From assembly GCA_934646115.1 (NCBI GenBank), contig CAKUEM010000001.1, positions 22,889-86,888 of the forward strand: a stretch of DNA of 64,000 bases, read 5' to 3'. The DNA is from an uncultured Oscillospiraceae bacterium. Its GTDB lineage: Bacteria; Bacillota; Clostridia; Oscillospirales; JAAYXM01. Below the pieces are notes generated by a model. It saw only the letters and a program-made list of their open reading frames with translations, was not told the origin of the DNA and did not search any database. Shown here in pieces: positions 15,685-25,305 of the stretch; within the stretch, counting starts at the first letter, position 1; each line of letters starts with the position of its first letter. The translations under genes and the position numbers were made by a program.

Positions 15685-16302
15685 ATGACAACACATGTGG
15701 CGCGCATGTGCGCCCGGGCGAGCGCGGGCGTCACAGAGCGCATGCAGGCGGCGCGCGTTGCCATCGCGGGCGCGGGCGGTCTTGGTTCCAACCTGGCGCT
15801 GCTGCTCGTGCGGAGCGGGCTGGGCACGCTGCGCATCGTGGACTTTGACCGCGTGGAATATTCCAATTTAAACCGCCAGGCGTATGATCTGCGCCATATC
15901 GGGCAAGAAAAAGTTCTTGCGCTGGCGCAGCGTGCAAAGGAGATCAACCCGGACGTGCGCGTCGAGGCGATCTGCGCACGCGTGAACGAGCAAAACGCCG
16001 CGCAGCTTTTTTCCGGCTTTTCCATCGTTTGCGAGGCGTTTGACCGCGCCGAGGAGAAAAGCATGCTGATCTCCACCCTGGGCGCGCAGCTGCCGGAGGT
16101 CAAGCTGATCAGCGCGTCCGGCATGGGCGGACTGTCCAGCGCAAACGGCATTCAAACACGGCGCGCGATGAAAAATCTTTACCTGTGCGGCGACTATGTC
16201 AGCGATATGGCGGAAGGCGTGATGGCGCCGCGCGTGATGCTTTGCGCCGCGCAGCAGGCGAACATGGTTCTGCGCCTGATCGCGGGCGAGCTGGAGCCCT
16301 AA
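15685..16302 (+). CDS. thiF: ThiS adenylyltransferase ThiF (E1-like)
   Basis: Motifs VAIAGAGGLGSNLA and DFDRVEYSNLNRQ. The ATG lies 1 nt after the thiS stop. Confidence 0.9.
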   Translation: MTTHVARMCARASAGVTERMQAARVAIAGAGGLGSNLALLLVRSGLGTLRIVDFDRVEYSNLNRQAYDLRHIGQEKVLALAQRAKEINPDVRVEAICARVNEQNAAQLFSGFSIVCEAFDRAEEKSMLISTLGAQLPEVKLISASGMGGLSSANGIQTRRAMKNLYLCGDYVSDMAEGVMAPRVMLCAAQQANMVLRLIAGELEP

Positions 16303-16323
16303 AAAATATTATGAAATGAGGCA

Positions 16324-17097
16324 TTGTTTATGCAAGATACCTGGAAATTAAAAGACCACACATTTACTTCGCGCTTTATCTTAGGTTCGGGCAAGTTTTC
16401 GCTTCCCATGGTGCGCGCGGTGGTGGAGGACGGCGGCGCGGAAATCGTAACGCTTGCGCTGCGCCGCGCGAACACGGCAGGCGCGGAAAATATTTTAGAT
16501 TTTGTTCCGGACGGCGTGACCCTGCTTCCCAACACCTCGGGCGCGCGCTGCGCGGAAGAAGCGGTTCGTATCGCGCATCTCGCGCGGGAGCTGGGCTGCG
16601 GCGATTTTATCAAGCTTGAGGTCATCCGCGACAGCAAATATCTGCTTCCGGACAACGCGGAAACGATCCGCGCGACCGAGCTTCTCGCGCGCGAGGGCTT
16701 TGTTGTTCTGCCGTATATGTATCCGGATCTCAACGTCGCGCGCGATTTAGAGAGTGCGGGCGCGGCGGCGGTCATGCCGCTTGCCGCCCCGATCGGCAGC
16801 AACAAAGGGCTTTGCACGCGTGATTTTATTCAGATTTTAATTGATGAGATCTCGCTTCCGATCATCGTGGACGCGGGCATCGGCCGCCCCTCGCAAGCGT
16901 GCGAGGCGATGGAGATGGGCGCGGCTGCGATCATGGCAAACACCGCGATCGCAACCGCCGGGGATGTGCGCGCGATGGCGCGGGCGTTCCGCCTTGCGAT
17001 CGAGGCGGGGCGCGCGGGCTATCTGGCGCAGCCGGGGCGCGTTCTCGCGGGCGCAGAGGCGTCCAGCCCGCTGACCGGATTTTTGGAGGAGCGGTAA
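16324..17097 (+). CDS. thiG: Thiazole synthase ThiG
   Basis: Full-length similarity pattern ([33 protein letters not shown]). Confidence 0.95.
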   Translation: MFMQDTWKLKDHTFTSRFILGSGKFSLPMVRAVVEDGGAEIVTLALRRANTAGAENILDFVPDGVTLLPNTSGARCAEEAVRIAHLARELGCGDFIKLEVIRDSKYLLPDNAETIRATELLAREGFVVLPYMYPDLNVARDLESAGAAAVMPLAAPIGSNKGLCTRDFIQILIDEISLPIIVDAGIGRPSQACEAMEMGAAAIMANTAIATAGDVRAMARAFRLAIEAGRAGYLAQPGRVLAGAEASSPLTGFLEER

Positions 17098-17099
17098 AT

Positions 17100-18242
17100 A
17101 TGACAAATCATATGGATTATTTTGACGGCATGGAGCGCATCGATTCTGACCTGATGGAGCGCGTGCTCGCCGCGCGCGCGGCGTTTGACCCGGCGCGCTA
17201 TACCGGGCGCGACGTGCTGCGCGCACTCTCGCGCGAGACGCTGCACTTTGAAGATTTTGCGGCGCTCCTTTCCCCGGCGGCAGACGCGTATCTCGAGCAG
17301 ATCGCCTCTCGCGCAAAAGAAGAAACGCGGCGGCATTTCGGAAGCTCGGTCTGCCTGTTTACGCCGCTGTATCTCGCCAATTACTGCGAAAATGAATGCA
17401 CCTACTGCGGGTTTCAATGCAAAAATAAAATCCACCGCGCGAAGCTGAGCGAGGCGGAGATCGAGCGCGAATACCGCGCGATCGCCGAGACCGGTCTGCG
17501 CGAAATTCTGCTGCTGACCGGCGAGTCGCGCCATGCGACCGGCGTTTCGTATATCGCGCGCGCCGTGGAGCTGGCAAAGCAATATTTCAGCAACATCGGC
17601 GTGGAGATCTATCCCTTAAATCATGAGGAATACGCCGTTCTGCGCCGCGCGGGCGCGGATTTTGTCAGCGTATATCAGGAGACCTATGACACGGAGAAAT
17701 ACGCATCCGTGCATCCCGGCGGTCCGAAGCGCAGCTTCCCCTACCGCTTCTACGCGCAAGAGCGCGCGCTGCTTGGCGGGATGCGCGGTGTGGCGTTTGG
17801 TGCGCTGCTCGGGCTTTCTGATTTCCGGCGGGACGCGTTCGCCGCGGGGCTGCATGCCGTGCTGACGCAGCGCAAATATCCGCGCGCAGAGATCTCCTTT
17901 TCGCTTCCGCGCATTCGCCCGTTTGTCAATCATCGCGGCGGTCCTGCAAACGGCGTGGGCGAGCGCGAGCTGCTTCAGGTCATGCTCGCTTACCGCCTGC
18001 TCGCGCCCTATGCGGGCATCACGATCTCCACGCGGGAATGCGCGCGTTTTCGCGATGGTGTGGTCGGACTTGCCGCAACGAAGATCTCCGCCGGTGTCAG
18101 CGTGGGCGTCGGCGGGCATGTGGAGGAAGAAAAGGGCGATGAACAGTTTGATATTTCCGACCCGCGCAGCGTGCCGGATGTTCATCAAATGCTTGTCGCG
18201 CAGGGGCTTCAGCCGGTCTATCGCGACTATATCCGGGTATAG
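17100..18242 (+). CDS. thiH: 2-iminoacetate synthase ThiH (radical SAM)
   Basis: CENECTYCGF (CxxxCxxC). The ATG at 17100 lies right after the thiG stop. The N-terminal part of the 447-aa ORF overlaps thiG out of frame. Confidence 0.95.
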   Translation: MTNHMDYFDGMERIDSDLMERVLAARAAFDPARYTGRDVLRALSRETLHFEDFAALLSPAADAYLEQIASRAKEETRRHFGSSVCLFTPLYLANYCENECTYCGFQCKNKIHRAKLSEAEIEREYRAIAETGLREILLLTGESRHATGVSYIARAVELAKQYFSNIGVEIYPLNHEEYAVLRRAGADFVSVYQETYDTEKYASVHPGGPKRSFPYRFYAQERALLGGMRGVAFGALLGLSDFRRDAFAAGLHAVLTQRKYPRAEISFSLPRIRPFVNHRGGPANGVGERELLQVMLAYRLLAPYAGITISTRECARFRDGVVGLAATKISAGVSVGVGGHVEEEKGDEQFDISDPRSVPDVHQMLVAQGLQPVYRDYIRV

Positions 18243-18245
18243 CGC

Positions 18246-18833
18246 ATGGTGATCTGCATTACAAACCGCGCGCTGTGCCGCCGTGATTTTCTCGATCAGC
18301 TTGCGCGCATCGCCGCCGCGCGCCCGGAAACGATCCTCCTGCGCGAACGCGACCTAAATGATGAAGAATATGAGGCGCTCGCCCGGCGCTGCATGGCGGT
18401 GCTCGCGCCGTTTTCCGTTCCGCTCACCGTGCATGCGCGACCGCACATTGCGCGGCGAATCGGCGCCAAGCGGGTGCATCTCCCGCTCGCTCTGCTTGCC
18501 CCGCAGCCCGGGCTTCTGGTTTCCTGCCCGGTACATTCCGTGGAGGACGTCCTGCTTGCGCAGGCGCGCGGCGCCGACCGGCTGATCGCCGGGCACGTGT
18601 TCCAAACGGATTGTAAGCAGGGCGTTCCGCCGCGCGGATTGCCCTTTTTGCGCGCCGTGTGCGCCGCGTCCGATCGTCCGGTGTTTGCCATCGGCGGCAT
18701 TACGCCGGAGCGTGCGGCGCAGGTGCGCGCCTGCGGCGCGGCGGGCGGCTGCATGATGTCTGCCCTGATGCGTGCAGACGACCCGGCGGCGCTTATTCAA
18801 ACATATCGTGCGGCATGGGCGTGTCGCACCTGA
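18246..18833 (+). CDS. thiE: Thiamine-phosphate synthase family protein (ThiE/TenI)
   Basis: 195 aa TIM-barrel ThiE/TenI-like protein (VHLP, FAIGGIT). Last gene of the thi cluster. ThiE cannot be separated from TenI by eye. Confidence 0.75.
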   Translation: MVICITNRALCRRDFLDQLARIAAARPETILLRERDLNDEEYEALARRCMAVLAPFSVPLTVHARPHIARRIGAKRVHLPLALLAPQPGLLVSCPVHSVEDVLLAQARGADRLIAGHVFQTDCKQGVPPRGLPFLRAVCAASDRPVFAIGGITPERAAQVRACGAAGGCMMSALMRADDPAALIQTYRAAWACRT

Positions 18834-19500
18834 CGTATACCGAGAGCGTGTTTTTATTGTCACACGCGGCGTAAAATACGCGCTTCGGGTCAGAAACGCC
18901 CTGAGCGCGCAGCTCTTTTTCCAGCCAGAGCTCGTTATTCCCCGTTGATTTCAGGTTTTCATGCAGGATCACGCCGTCTGCGATCACTGTGGCCTGCGGC
19001 TTCTCCGCCTCGGGCGAAAGACCCAGATCCTGCGGCGTGGCCGGGCGGCGCGCCGCGCGCGGCTGGAAGCTGATCTTTCCGTTCTGCTCCAACACCGCGG
19101 TTTGCACGTCGTCCAGCGAAAAATACCCCGCATTGCGGCACTGACAGAGGAACTCATTGAGATCCAGATGCGCCTTTTTAAAATTATCCCGATAAATTTT
19201 CCCGTCGGCAAGCAGAATACGCGACTTCCCGGTGATCAGTCGGCGGCATGCGAGCGATTTTTCCGGCAGCCAGGAAAACAGCAGCGCAAACAGCGCATAC
19301 ACCACCATTGCAATGAGCGGCTTTGTGAAATCGCCCTCCAGCGCGGTCGCCATTTCGGCCGCGATCGAGCCGATGGTGATCCCGATGATGTAATCAAACA
19401 TGGACAGCTGCGACATCTGCCGTTTCCCCATCAGCTTGGTGAGCAGAAACAGCACGATCACCGACGCCGCGGACACCGCGATAATATTAAGATGCCGCAT
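18793..19500 (-). CDS. DUF421 (YetF-like) membrane protein
   Basis: The N-terminus LLTKLMGKRQMSQLSMFDYIIGITIGS is typical of YetF/DUF421. The 3' end overlaps thiE by 41 nt (convergent). Confidence 0.85.
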   Translation of the reverse strand: MRHLNIIAVSAASVIVLFLLTKLMGKRQMSQLSMFDYIIGITIGSIAAEMATALEGDFTKPLIAMVVYALFALLFSWLPEKSLACRRLITGKSRILLADGKIYRDNFKKAHLDLNEFLCQCRNAGYFSLDDVQTAVLEQNGKISFQPRAARRPATPQDLGLSPEAEKPQATVIADGVILHENLKSTGNNELWLEKELRAQGVSDPKRVFYAACDNKNTLSVYVRCDTPMPHDMFE

Positions 19501-19623
19501 GATCTCAGCCCCTTTTCATATTTTTCATAGTTTCCCCGGCGTGCATGGTTTTATTACGCCATACGATGCGCAAAAAAACGCAGCGGAGCAAATTCCGCTG
19601 CGTTTTTTCTATGATTTGCCCGC

Positions 19624-21501
19624 TCATTCCTGCGCGCCGCGCCGCGCCCGAAACGCGCGCCACATTGCTTCAAAGCTTTCAGCAGTATTCGGGATCGGGC
19701 GCACCGCGCGCAGGCTGGAATGCAGCTCCCCGCCGGACTGCTCTGTGATCACCTGGTCGTTCGCAGCATCCGCCCGGGGCGCAAGCTGCGCACCGCCGCG
19801 CCGGAACATCGCGCCGCCGCGGCTTCCAAACGCAGCCGCCGCCTGCTGCATGGCGGACAGCATGGCAAGCTGCGTTTGCGCAATGTCACGCGTGCGCAGC
19901 GCATAGCCCCATAGCGGCTGCGGAACACACCGCGGCGTTTGCAAAAACGCGCGCCGCTCTTCCATCATGCGCTCAAATTGCTCGGTCTCGCGCAAAAATG
20001 CCGCAAAATCGCTCATTTCCGTTTGCAATGCGCGCCGCTCGTCCAAAAGCGCTGCACGCGTGACCGGCGCGCCGTCCTGCACCATGCGCCGAAGCGCATC
20101 CCATTCCGCCTGTGCGCAGCGCAACGCAGCCGCCTGCCCAGAAAGCGCGCGCGGATGCGCCGCGATATGCTCTGCCGCGCGCATACCGCCGACCTGTGCG
20201 GAATTCAGCGCCGTGCCGCCCGGGCGATATGCGCCGAACGTGCCCGCCGCCTCGCCTGCGGCATACAGCCCCGGAATGCTGGTCTGCCAATTTGCGTCTA
20301 CATCCAAACCGCCATTGCAATGCTGCGCGCAAACGGAGATCTCGAGCGGCTCGGTATGCAGATCGATCTGATGCCGGTGATACAGCGTGATCGCCGCAGG
20401 ATTCATCGCCGCCAGCCGATCGATCGGCAGCGGCAGCAGCGCATCGCACGCCGCGCAATACGCACGCGCCTCCTCCGGGAAATTGGAAAGCTCCGCGCAC
20501 AGCCCCACCGGGTTGCGCCGAAAATCCAAAAACACGCGCCGCCCGCGCCGCACGATCTCATCATATACCAAAAGATCCAGCTTTGACGAGCCATCCAGCT
20601 TGCGCGCATCCACCGGCCACTCATAGCCCTTGCGAAATGTCAGGCGCAGCAACTCATCCGGCGCGAGCGCATCGTTTAAAAACGCATGCTCCCGCCCCTC
20701 CGCATCGATAGAACCATAGCGCGGCAGCACCTGCTGATAGCTGCCGGACACATTCCAGCTGAATTGGACCGAAGCCATGCCATACTGCCATTCCTGCAAA
20801 TTGGCAAACCGCGCGCCCGCCGCAAGCGCCATCCCGCTCGCCCCGGTCTGGCTTTTCGGATACACCGAGCGCGCATAAACGCCGGCCGGGCCTCCGGTCG
20901 CAAGCACAACATGCGGCGCAAGCACGGCATGCGGCGCGCCGGTTCGCGTGTCCAGCGCGAGTACGCCGACCATGCCGTCCGCATCGCGCAAAAGCGCCGT
21001 GACCTGCATATGATCGCGCACGCAGATTCCCTTCGCCGCGCAGCTGCGCTCGAGCGCCTCGGTCATATAGCGTGAGGTGAGCGGTCCGCACGAGGTCGCC
21101 CGCGCACGCGTATCGTGATCCGTTCGATAGCCGATATATTCGCCGTATTCGTTGCAGGGGAACGGAACGCCAAGCTCGAGCAGGCGGCTAAAGCAGCGCG
21201 CGGAATAGCTCGCCTCGATCAGCGCCGTGTCGCCGTTCATTCCGCCGCCGGCGAACAGATCCTCCGCCATGGCGCGCACGCTGTCACTCGCCGCGCCGCC
21301 CAGCGCGAGCTTATAATACGTCTGCTTATCGCTGCCCGTATTGCGCGACGTTCCCATCCGAACGCCCTCTGTCAGGATCGCGATTTGGCAAACCCCTTGC
21401 GCCGCGAGGCAGTCCGCCGCCTGATACCCCGCGCAGCCCGTGCCGACCACGATCGCGTCATAGCGCGAAACCGAGAGATTCTCCATACGCGCGACCCTCA
21501 T
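19624..21501 (-). CDS. FAD-dependent oxidoreductase, fumarate reductase / succinate dehydrogenase / aspartate oxidase-like flavoprotein
   Basis: Dinucleotide fold YDAIVVGTGCAG near the N-terminus, with GGPAGVY and GLYAAGEAAG motifs. The ATG at 21501 overlaps the upstream stop (ATGA). An alternative start is at 21486. Confidence 0.8.
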   Translation of the reverse strand: MRVARMENLSVSRYDAIVVGTGCAGYQAADCLAAQGVCQIAILTEGVRMGTSRNTGSDKQTYYKLALGGAASDSVRAMAEDLFAGGGMNGDTALIEASYSARCFSRLLELGVPFPCNEYGEYIGYRTDHDTRARATSCGPLTSRYMTEALERSCAAKGICVRDHMQVTALLRDADGMVGVLALDTRTGAPHAVLAPHVVLATGGPAGVYARSVYPKSQTGASGMALAAGARFANLQEWQYGMASVQFSWNVSGSYQQVLPRYGSIDAEGREHAFLNDALAPDELLRLTFRKGYEWPVDARKLDGSSKLDLLVYDEIVRRGRRVFLDFRRNPVGLCAELSNFPEEARAYCAACDALLPLPIDRLAAMNPAAITLYHRHQIDLHTEPLEISVCAQHCNGGLDVDANWQTSIPGLYAAGEAAGTFGAYRPGGTALNSAQVGGMRAAEHIAAHPRALSGQAAALRCAQAEWDALRRMVQDGAPVTRAALLDERRALQTEMSDFAAFLRETEQFERMMEERRAFLQTPRCVPQPLWGYALRTRDIAQTQLAMLSAMQQAAAAFGSRGGAMFRRGGAQLAPRADAANDQVITEQSGGELHSSLRAVRPIPNTAESFEAMWRAFRARRGAQE

Positions 21502-22274
21502 AAACGCCGCAGGTGGAAGCCGCCATCCGCGTTGATCACCTGCCCGGTCGCAAAATCCAGCAGCCCCGCCGCCGCCGCGGAAACGCATTGCGCCACATCC
21601 TCCGGGCGCCCCATGCGCCGAAACGGCGTCAGCCCGCCCGCGATCAGCGCCTCATATTTCTCGCGCACGCAGCTTGTCATATCCGTTAAAATAATGCCGG
21701 GACGCACCTCAAAAACCGGGATCTCATATTCCGCCAGCCGGTCGGCGAACAGCGCCGTCACCATGCCAACGCCCGCCTTGGAGATGCAATATTCCCCGCG
21801 CGAGGTTGAGGACGTGTCTGCCGACATGGACCCGATATTGATGATCCGCGGGGCGTAATTTAGAATATCGCCGCGCATTTTCATCGCGATCATCGCGTTT
21901 GCCGCGCGCTGGCAGAGGAAAAACGTTCCGCGCAGGTTGATGCCCAGCACGCGGTCATAGCTCTCCTCGGTGGTCTCCAAAATATCGCGCCGCACCTCGG
22001 GCGCAACGCCCGCGTTATTCACCCAAACGTCAATGCGCCCAAAACGCTCGCTCACGGACGCGACCAGATGCTCGCGCGCCGCCGCATCCGCGATATCACA
22101 GGGGATGTACGCCGCTTCGTGCCCCGCCGCTTCAAACTCCGCCACCAGCTGTCCGGCCTCCGGCGCGGTCGCCGACAGCACCACAAAAAAGCCGTCCTGC
22201 GCAAGCTGTTTCGCGATCGCGCGCCCGATGCCGCGGCGTGACCCGGTCACGACCGCCACTCGCTTTGTCTTCAT
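21498..22274 (-). CDS. Short-chain dehydrogenase/reductase (SDR)
   Basis: Motifs VVTGSRRGIGRAIA (TGxxxGxG), NNAG and YCISKAG (YxxxK). Confidence 0.9.
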   Translation of the reverse strand: MKTKRVAVVTGSRRGIGRAIAKQLAQDGFFVVLSATAPEAGQLVAEFEAAGHEAAYIPCDIADAAAREHLVASVSERFGRIDVWVNNAGVAPEVRRDILETTEESYDRVLGINLRGTFFLCQRAANAMIAMKMRGDILNYAPRIINIGSMSADTSSTSRGEYCISKAGVGMVTALFADRLAEYEIPVFEVRPGIILTDMTSCVREKYEALIAGGLTPFRRMGRPEDVAQCVSAAAAGLLDFATGQVINADGGFHLRRL

Positions 22275-22275
22275 A

Positions 22276-23619
22276 TTAAACCGCCCCTTTCTTGCCCGCC
22301 TGAAGCACATCCCGGCGATACAGCTCGGTATACACCCGGTCACGGATCGCGCAGCCCGCGCACGAACCGGCGCGCATCAGCTCCGTGCATTTTCCGCAGG
22401 CGAGACAGATTTTACCCGCGTCCAGCCCGCCATGCAGCAGCTGCTGCGGAAATTCCGGATTTGCAAACGCCATCCTGCCAAAGCCCGCAATGTCAAAATA
22501 GCCTTCTTCCAGCGCGCCGGCGGCAATATTGCCCGCGAATACGCCCGGGAAGCTCAGCCCGGAGCCGACGATCCGCACCGCCGCAGAACACGCCCGCTTG
22601 ATCTCATGCGCGCAATCCAATATGCGCGCCACGCCCGCGTATGGATTCTCATCCGAGCCGTCGCTCGGGCGCAGCGTCGGGCGGTTCATATGCGGATTGA
22701 CATACGGCGTGCCGACCGTAATATCCGCGATCGCAATCCCCACCTGCTCGTGCAGCGCGCGGATCAGGCGCTTGCCCTCAGAAAGCTCCGGTGCGATGCC
22801 GCCGCCCTCGCGCACGCCGAAGCCATACGGATACGGAAACCCGTCATAAACATTCAGGCGCGTTCCCAAAATGAAATCGCCCGCGGTATTCGCGCGCGCC
22901 GCCGCAAGGCAGTTGCGGATCAGCCGCGTCCGGTTCTCAAAGCAGCCGCCGTATTCGCCCGGGCGCGTGTAGGCGGAGAGCATCTCGGAAAACAGGTAGC
23001 AATGACAGGATTTTACGTCCATGCCATCAAAGCCCGCGCGCTTCGCGAGCGCCGCCGCTTCGCCCATTTTTTCTTCCAGACGCTTGAGTTCGTCATCGGA
23101 GATCACGGTCTGCTTCTCCGCATGGACATTTTTATTGAGATAGGGGTTTTCATAAGCAATGATCGGCTCTGCCGCGCCGTTCGGCTTGGAAAACCGCCCG
23201 GAATGCGTCGCCTGCATCAAAATAACCGGCGACCAGCCGAATTTTTTCATTGAGATCGCGCGGATCTCCTCGACCAGTTCTGCAAAAAAATGCACATTTT
23301 CTTTTGTGATATAAAGCTGATGCGGATTGGCGCGCGCCTCCGGCAGCACCGCGGTCGCCTCAAACCAAATCAGCCCCGCGCCGCTCTCTGCAAATCTGCG
23401 ATACCGGCGGTGCGTCAGCTCATCCGGCTCGCCCGTGCGGCATGCGTCGCAGCCCTCCATCGGTTGAATTGCAATCGAATTGCGGAGCGTTCGCGCGCCC
23501 AGCGCAACCGGTTTTCCAAGGCTCTGCTCCGGTCGCTCTGACAGTGGAAGCGCGATGCCCTCGCCCGCAAGATATGCGCGCAGCTCTTCGCAGCTTGTGA
23601 ATTGGCTCGGGTTTTTCAT
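22276..23619 (-). CDS. Old Yellow Enzyme-family FMN oxidoreductase with a C-terminal Cys cluster (Fe-S-like), lacking the NAD(P)H/FAD domain of full-length enoate/dienoyl-CoA reductases
   Basis: Motifs AIQPMEG and ATHSGRF, a TIM-barrel length, and a C-terminal CLACGKCTELMRAGSCAGC cluster. 447 aa, versus about 660 aa for 2,4-dienoyl-CoA/enoate reductases. Confidence 0.8.
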   Translation of the reverse strand: MKNPSQFTSCEELRAYLAGEGIALPLSERPEQSLGKPVALGARTLRNSIAIQPMEGCDACRTGEPDELTHRRYRRFAESGAGLIWFEATAVLPEARANPHQLYITKENVHFFAELVEEIRAISMKKFGWSPVILMQATHSGRFSKPNGAAEPIIAYENPYLNKNVHAEKQTVISDDELKRLEEKMGEAAALAKRAGFDGMDVKSCHCYLFSEMLSAYTRPGEYGGCFENRTRLIRNCLAAARANTAGDFILGTRLNVYDGFPYPYGFGVREGGGIAPELSEGKRLIRALHEQVGIAIADITVGTPYVNPHMNRPTLRPSDGSDENPYAGVARILDCAHEIKRACSAAVRIVGSGLSFPGVFAGNIAAGALEEGYFDIAGFGRMAFANPEFPQQLLHGGLDAGKICLACGKCTELMRAGSCAGCAIRDRVYTELYRRDVLQAGKKGAV

Positions 23620-23736
23620 ACTATTTCCTCACTTTATTTTAATATACGGCATAAGAAAAAACACAAATTCTGCATATTTTTCTTTTCATCTGCCGCCCGG
23701 TTTGTTATACTAAAGACAGAAAGGGGCGTGCGGCGC

Positions 23737-24531
23737 ATGCAAAATTCATTCCTGCGCGAAATTTATTTTTCAGACAGCGTGAATTTCCCGCATCGGCATT
23801 TTCATTTGTGCTATGAGCTGATCGCGGTTCTGGAGGGGCGCGTGCGTCTGCGCATAAACGAGGCCGAATATCTGCTTTCTGCCGGGCAGCTTGCGCTGAT
23901 CGGCGCGTTTGAAGAGCACGATATCGAGGTGCTTTCCCGCACATATCGCCGCTATATCCTCACGCTCGACCCGCCGTCCTTTGAGCGCGCGATCGACGAT
24001 CCGCGCCTGATCTCCGTGTTTAAAACCCGACCCGAGGGCTTTGCGCATTGCTTCCCCCTCCCGCCGGACGGCGCGGCGCTTTTGCAGAGCATGCTTGAGG
24101 AACAGCAGCACGCGGATGCGTTTTCCCCCGCGCTGATTGCAGACGCCATGCGCCGGTTTTTAATTCAGCTTTACCGCCAGGCGCCCGCGCGCTTCCCGTC
24201 CGGCGAAAAAACCGTCAGCCCGGAGCTGCTCGCCGCGCAGGAATATATCGATGCCCACTACGCGGAGGAGCTGCGCATTGCCGCGGTCGCGCAGGCGTTT
24301 CATCTCAGCCCATGTTATTTTAGCCACGCGTTTAAAACGCTGATCGGCTACAGCCCGAAGCGCTATCTGCTTTTGCTGCGCCTTTCGCGCGCGAAGGAGC
24401 TTTTGATCCACACCGATCTCCCGGTTGCGGAGATTGCACTGCGCTGCGGCTTTGCAAGCAGCGGCAGCCTGATCCGCGCCTTCCGGCAGGAGCTGCGCAT
24501 CACGCCGAATCAATACCGCCATCGGTCATGA
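23737..24531 (+). CDS. AraC family transcriptional regulator (cupin + HTH)
   Basis: The C-terminal AraC HTH is FHLSPCYFSHAFKTLIGYSPKRY...ALRCGFASSGSLIRAFRQ. It is divergent from the redox operon. An agaaagggg RBS is present. Confidence 0.85.
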   Translation: MQNSFLREIYFSDSVNFPHRHFHLCYELIAVLEGRVRLRINEAEYLLSAGQLALIGAFEEHDIEVLSRTYRRYILTLDPPSFERAIDDPRLISVFKTRPEGFAHCFPLPPDGAALLQSMLEEQQHADAFSPALIADAMRRFLIQLYRQAPARFPSGEKTVSPELLAAQEYIDAHYAEELRIAAVAQAFHLSPCYFSHAFKTLIGYSPKRYLLLLRLSRAKELLIHTDLPVAEIALRCGFASSGSLIRAFRQELRITPNQYRHRS

Positions 24532-24534
24532 CCG

Positions 24535-25284
24535 CTAGAGCATCCGGCGCAGGCACGCAGCATCCTCCAAAAATTGCGCAGGATCGTTATCGCGAACAAA
24601 TTCCATAAGCGCCGCATGCGGCGCCTTTGCATCGACCTGCGCAAAAAACGAGCGCCAAAGCGCCTCGCCCTCCGCAAGCGGCAGGCTCGTGGTCTCGCGC
24701 CAATGAAATACATGAAGATTCGTCAGCCAGGGAAGCACCAGCCGCAGCGCTTCCCGGTTTTTTTCTGCATCAAGAAAATAATTCGGCTGCCAATACAGCC
24801 CGACGTTCGGGCGCGCAATGCGCTCGACCAGGCGGCACGCGGCGTGCGGCTCATCCGTAAGCGTGTTGGGGTGATATTCAAACGAAACGCGGATATGCTC
24901 TGCCGCAGCGCAATCGGCAAGCGCGGACGCCTTGCGAATGCATTGCTCCCAATCGTCCTCCGTTGCCTCCGCCGTGCCGCGGCCGCCCGCCCAAATGCGA
25001 ATATGCGGCGCGCCCAATGCCCGCGCCGTCTGCACAAGCGTTTCAGGCTCCTGCTCCGCGCGCGTCCCCTGCGCCGAGCCGAAATACGAGCCGAGCGACA
25101 GCACGGAAAGCCCTGCCGCGCGCGTCAATTCGCCGACATGCTCCGCATGCCGCAGCCCCGCGCCGCACGGAACATGCACATCGCTGCCCCATTCAATACC
25201 GTCCAGCCCCGCCTGCTTTGTAAGCGCGATCACCTGCTCCGGCGCAAGCGCGCGGAACGTAACGGACACAATCCCTGTTTGCAT
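24535..25284 (-). CDS. Sugar phosphate isomerase/epimerase (xylose isomerase-like TIM barrel)
   Basis: 249 aa with overall AP-endonuclease-2/TIM-barrel family features (GLDGIEW, IRIWAG, FEYH). Confidence 0.7.
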   Translation of the reverse strand: MQTGIVSVTFRALAPEQVIALTKQAGLDGIEWGSDVHVPCGAGLRHAEHVGELTRAAGLSVLSLGSYFGSAQGTRAEQEPETLVQTARALGAPHIRIWAGGRGTAEATEDDWEQCIRKASALADCAAAEHIRVSFEYHPNTLTDEPHAACRLVERIARPNVGLYWQPNYFLDAEKNREALRLVLPWLTNLHVFHWRETTSLPLAEGEALWRSFFAQVDAKAPHAALMEFVRDNDPAQFLEDAACLRRML

Positions 25285-25305
25285 CGCTTTTTCCTCCTCT
25301 TCTGT

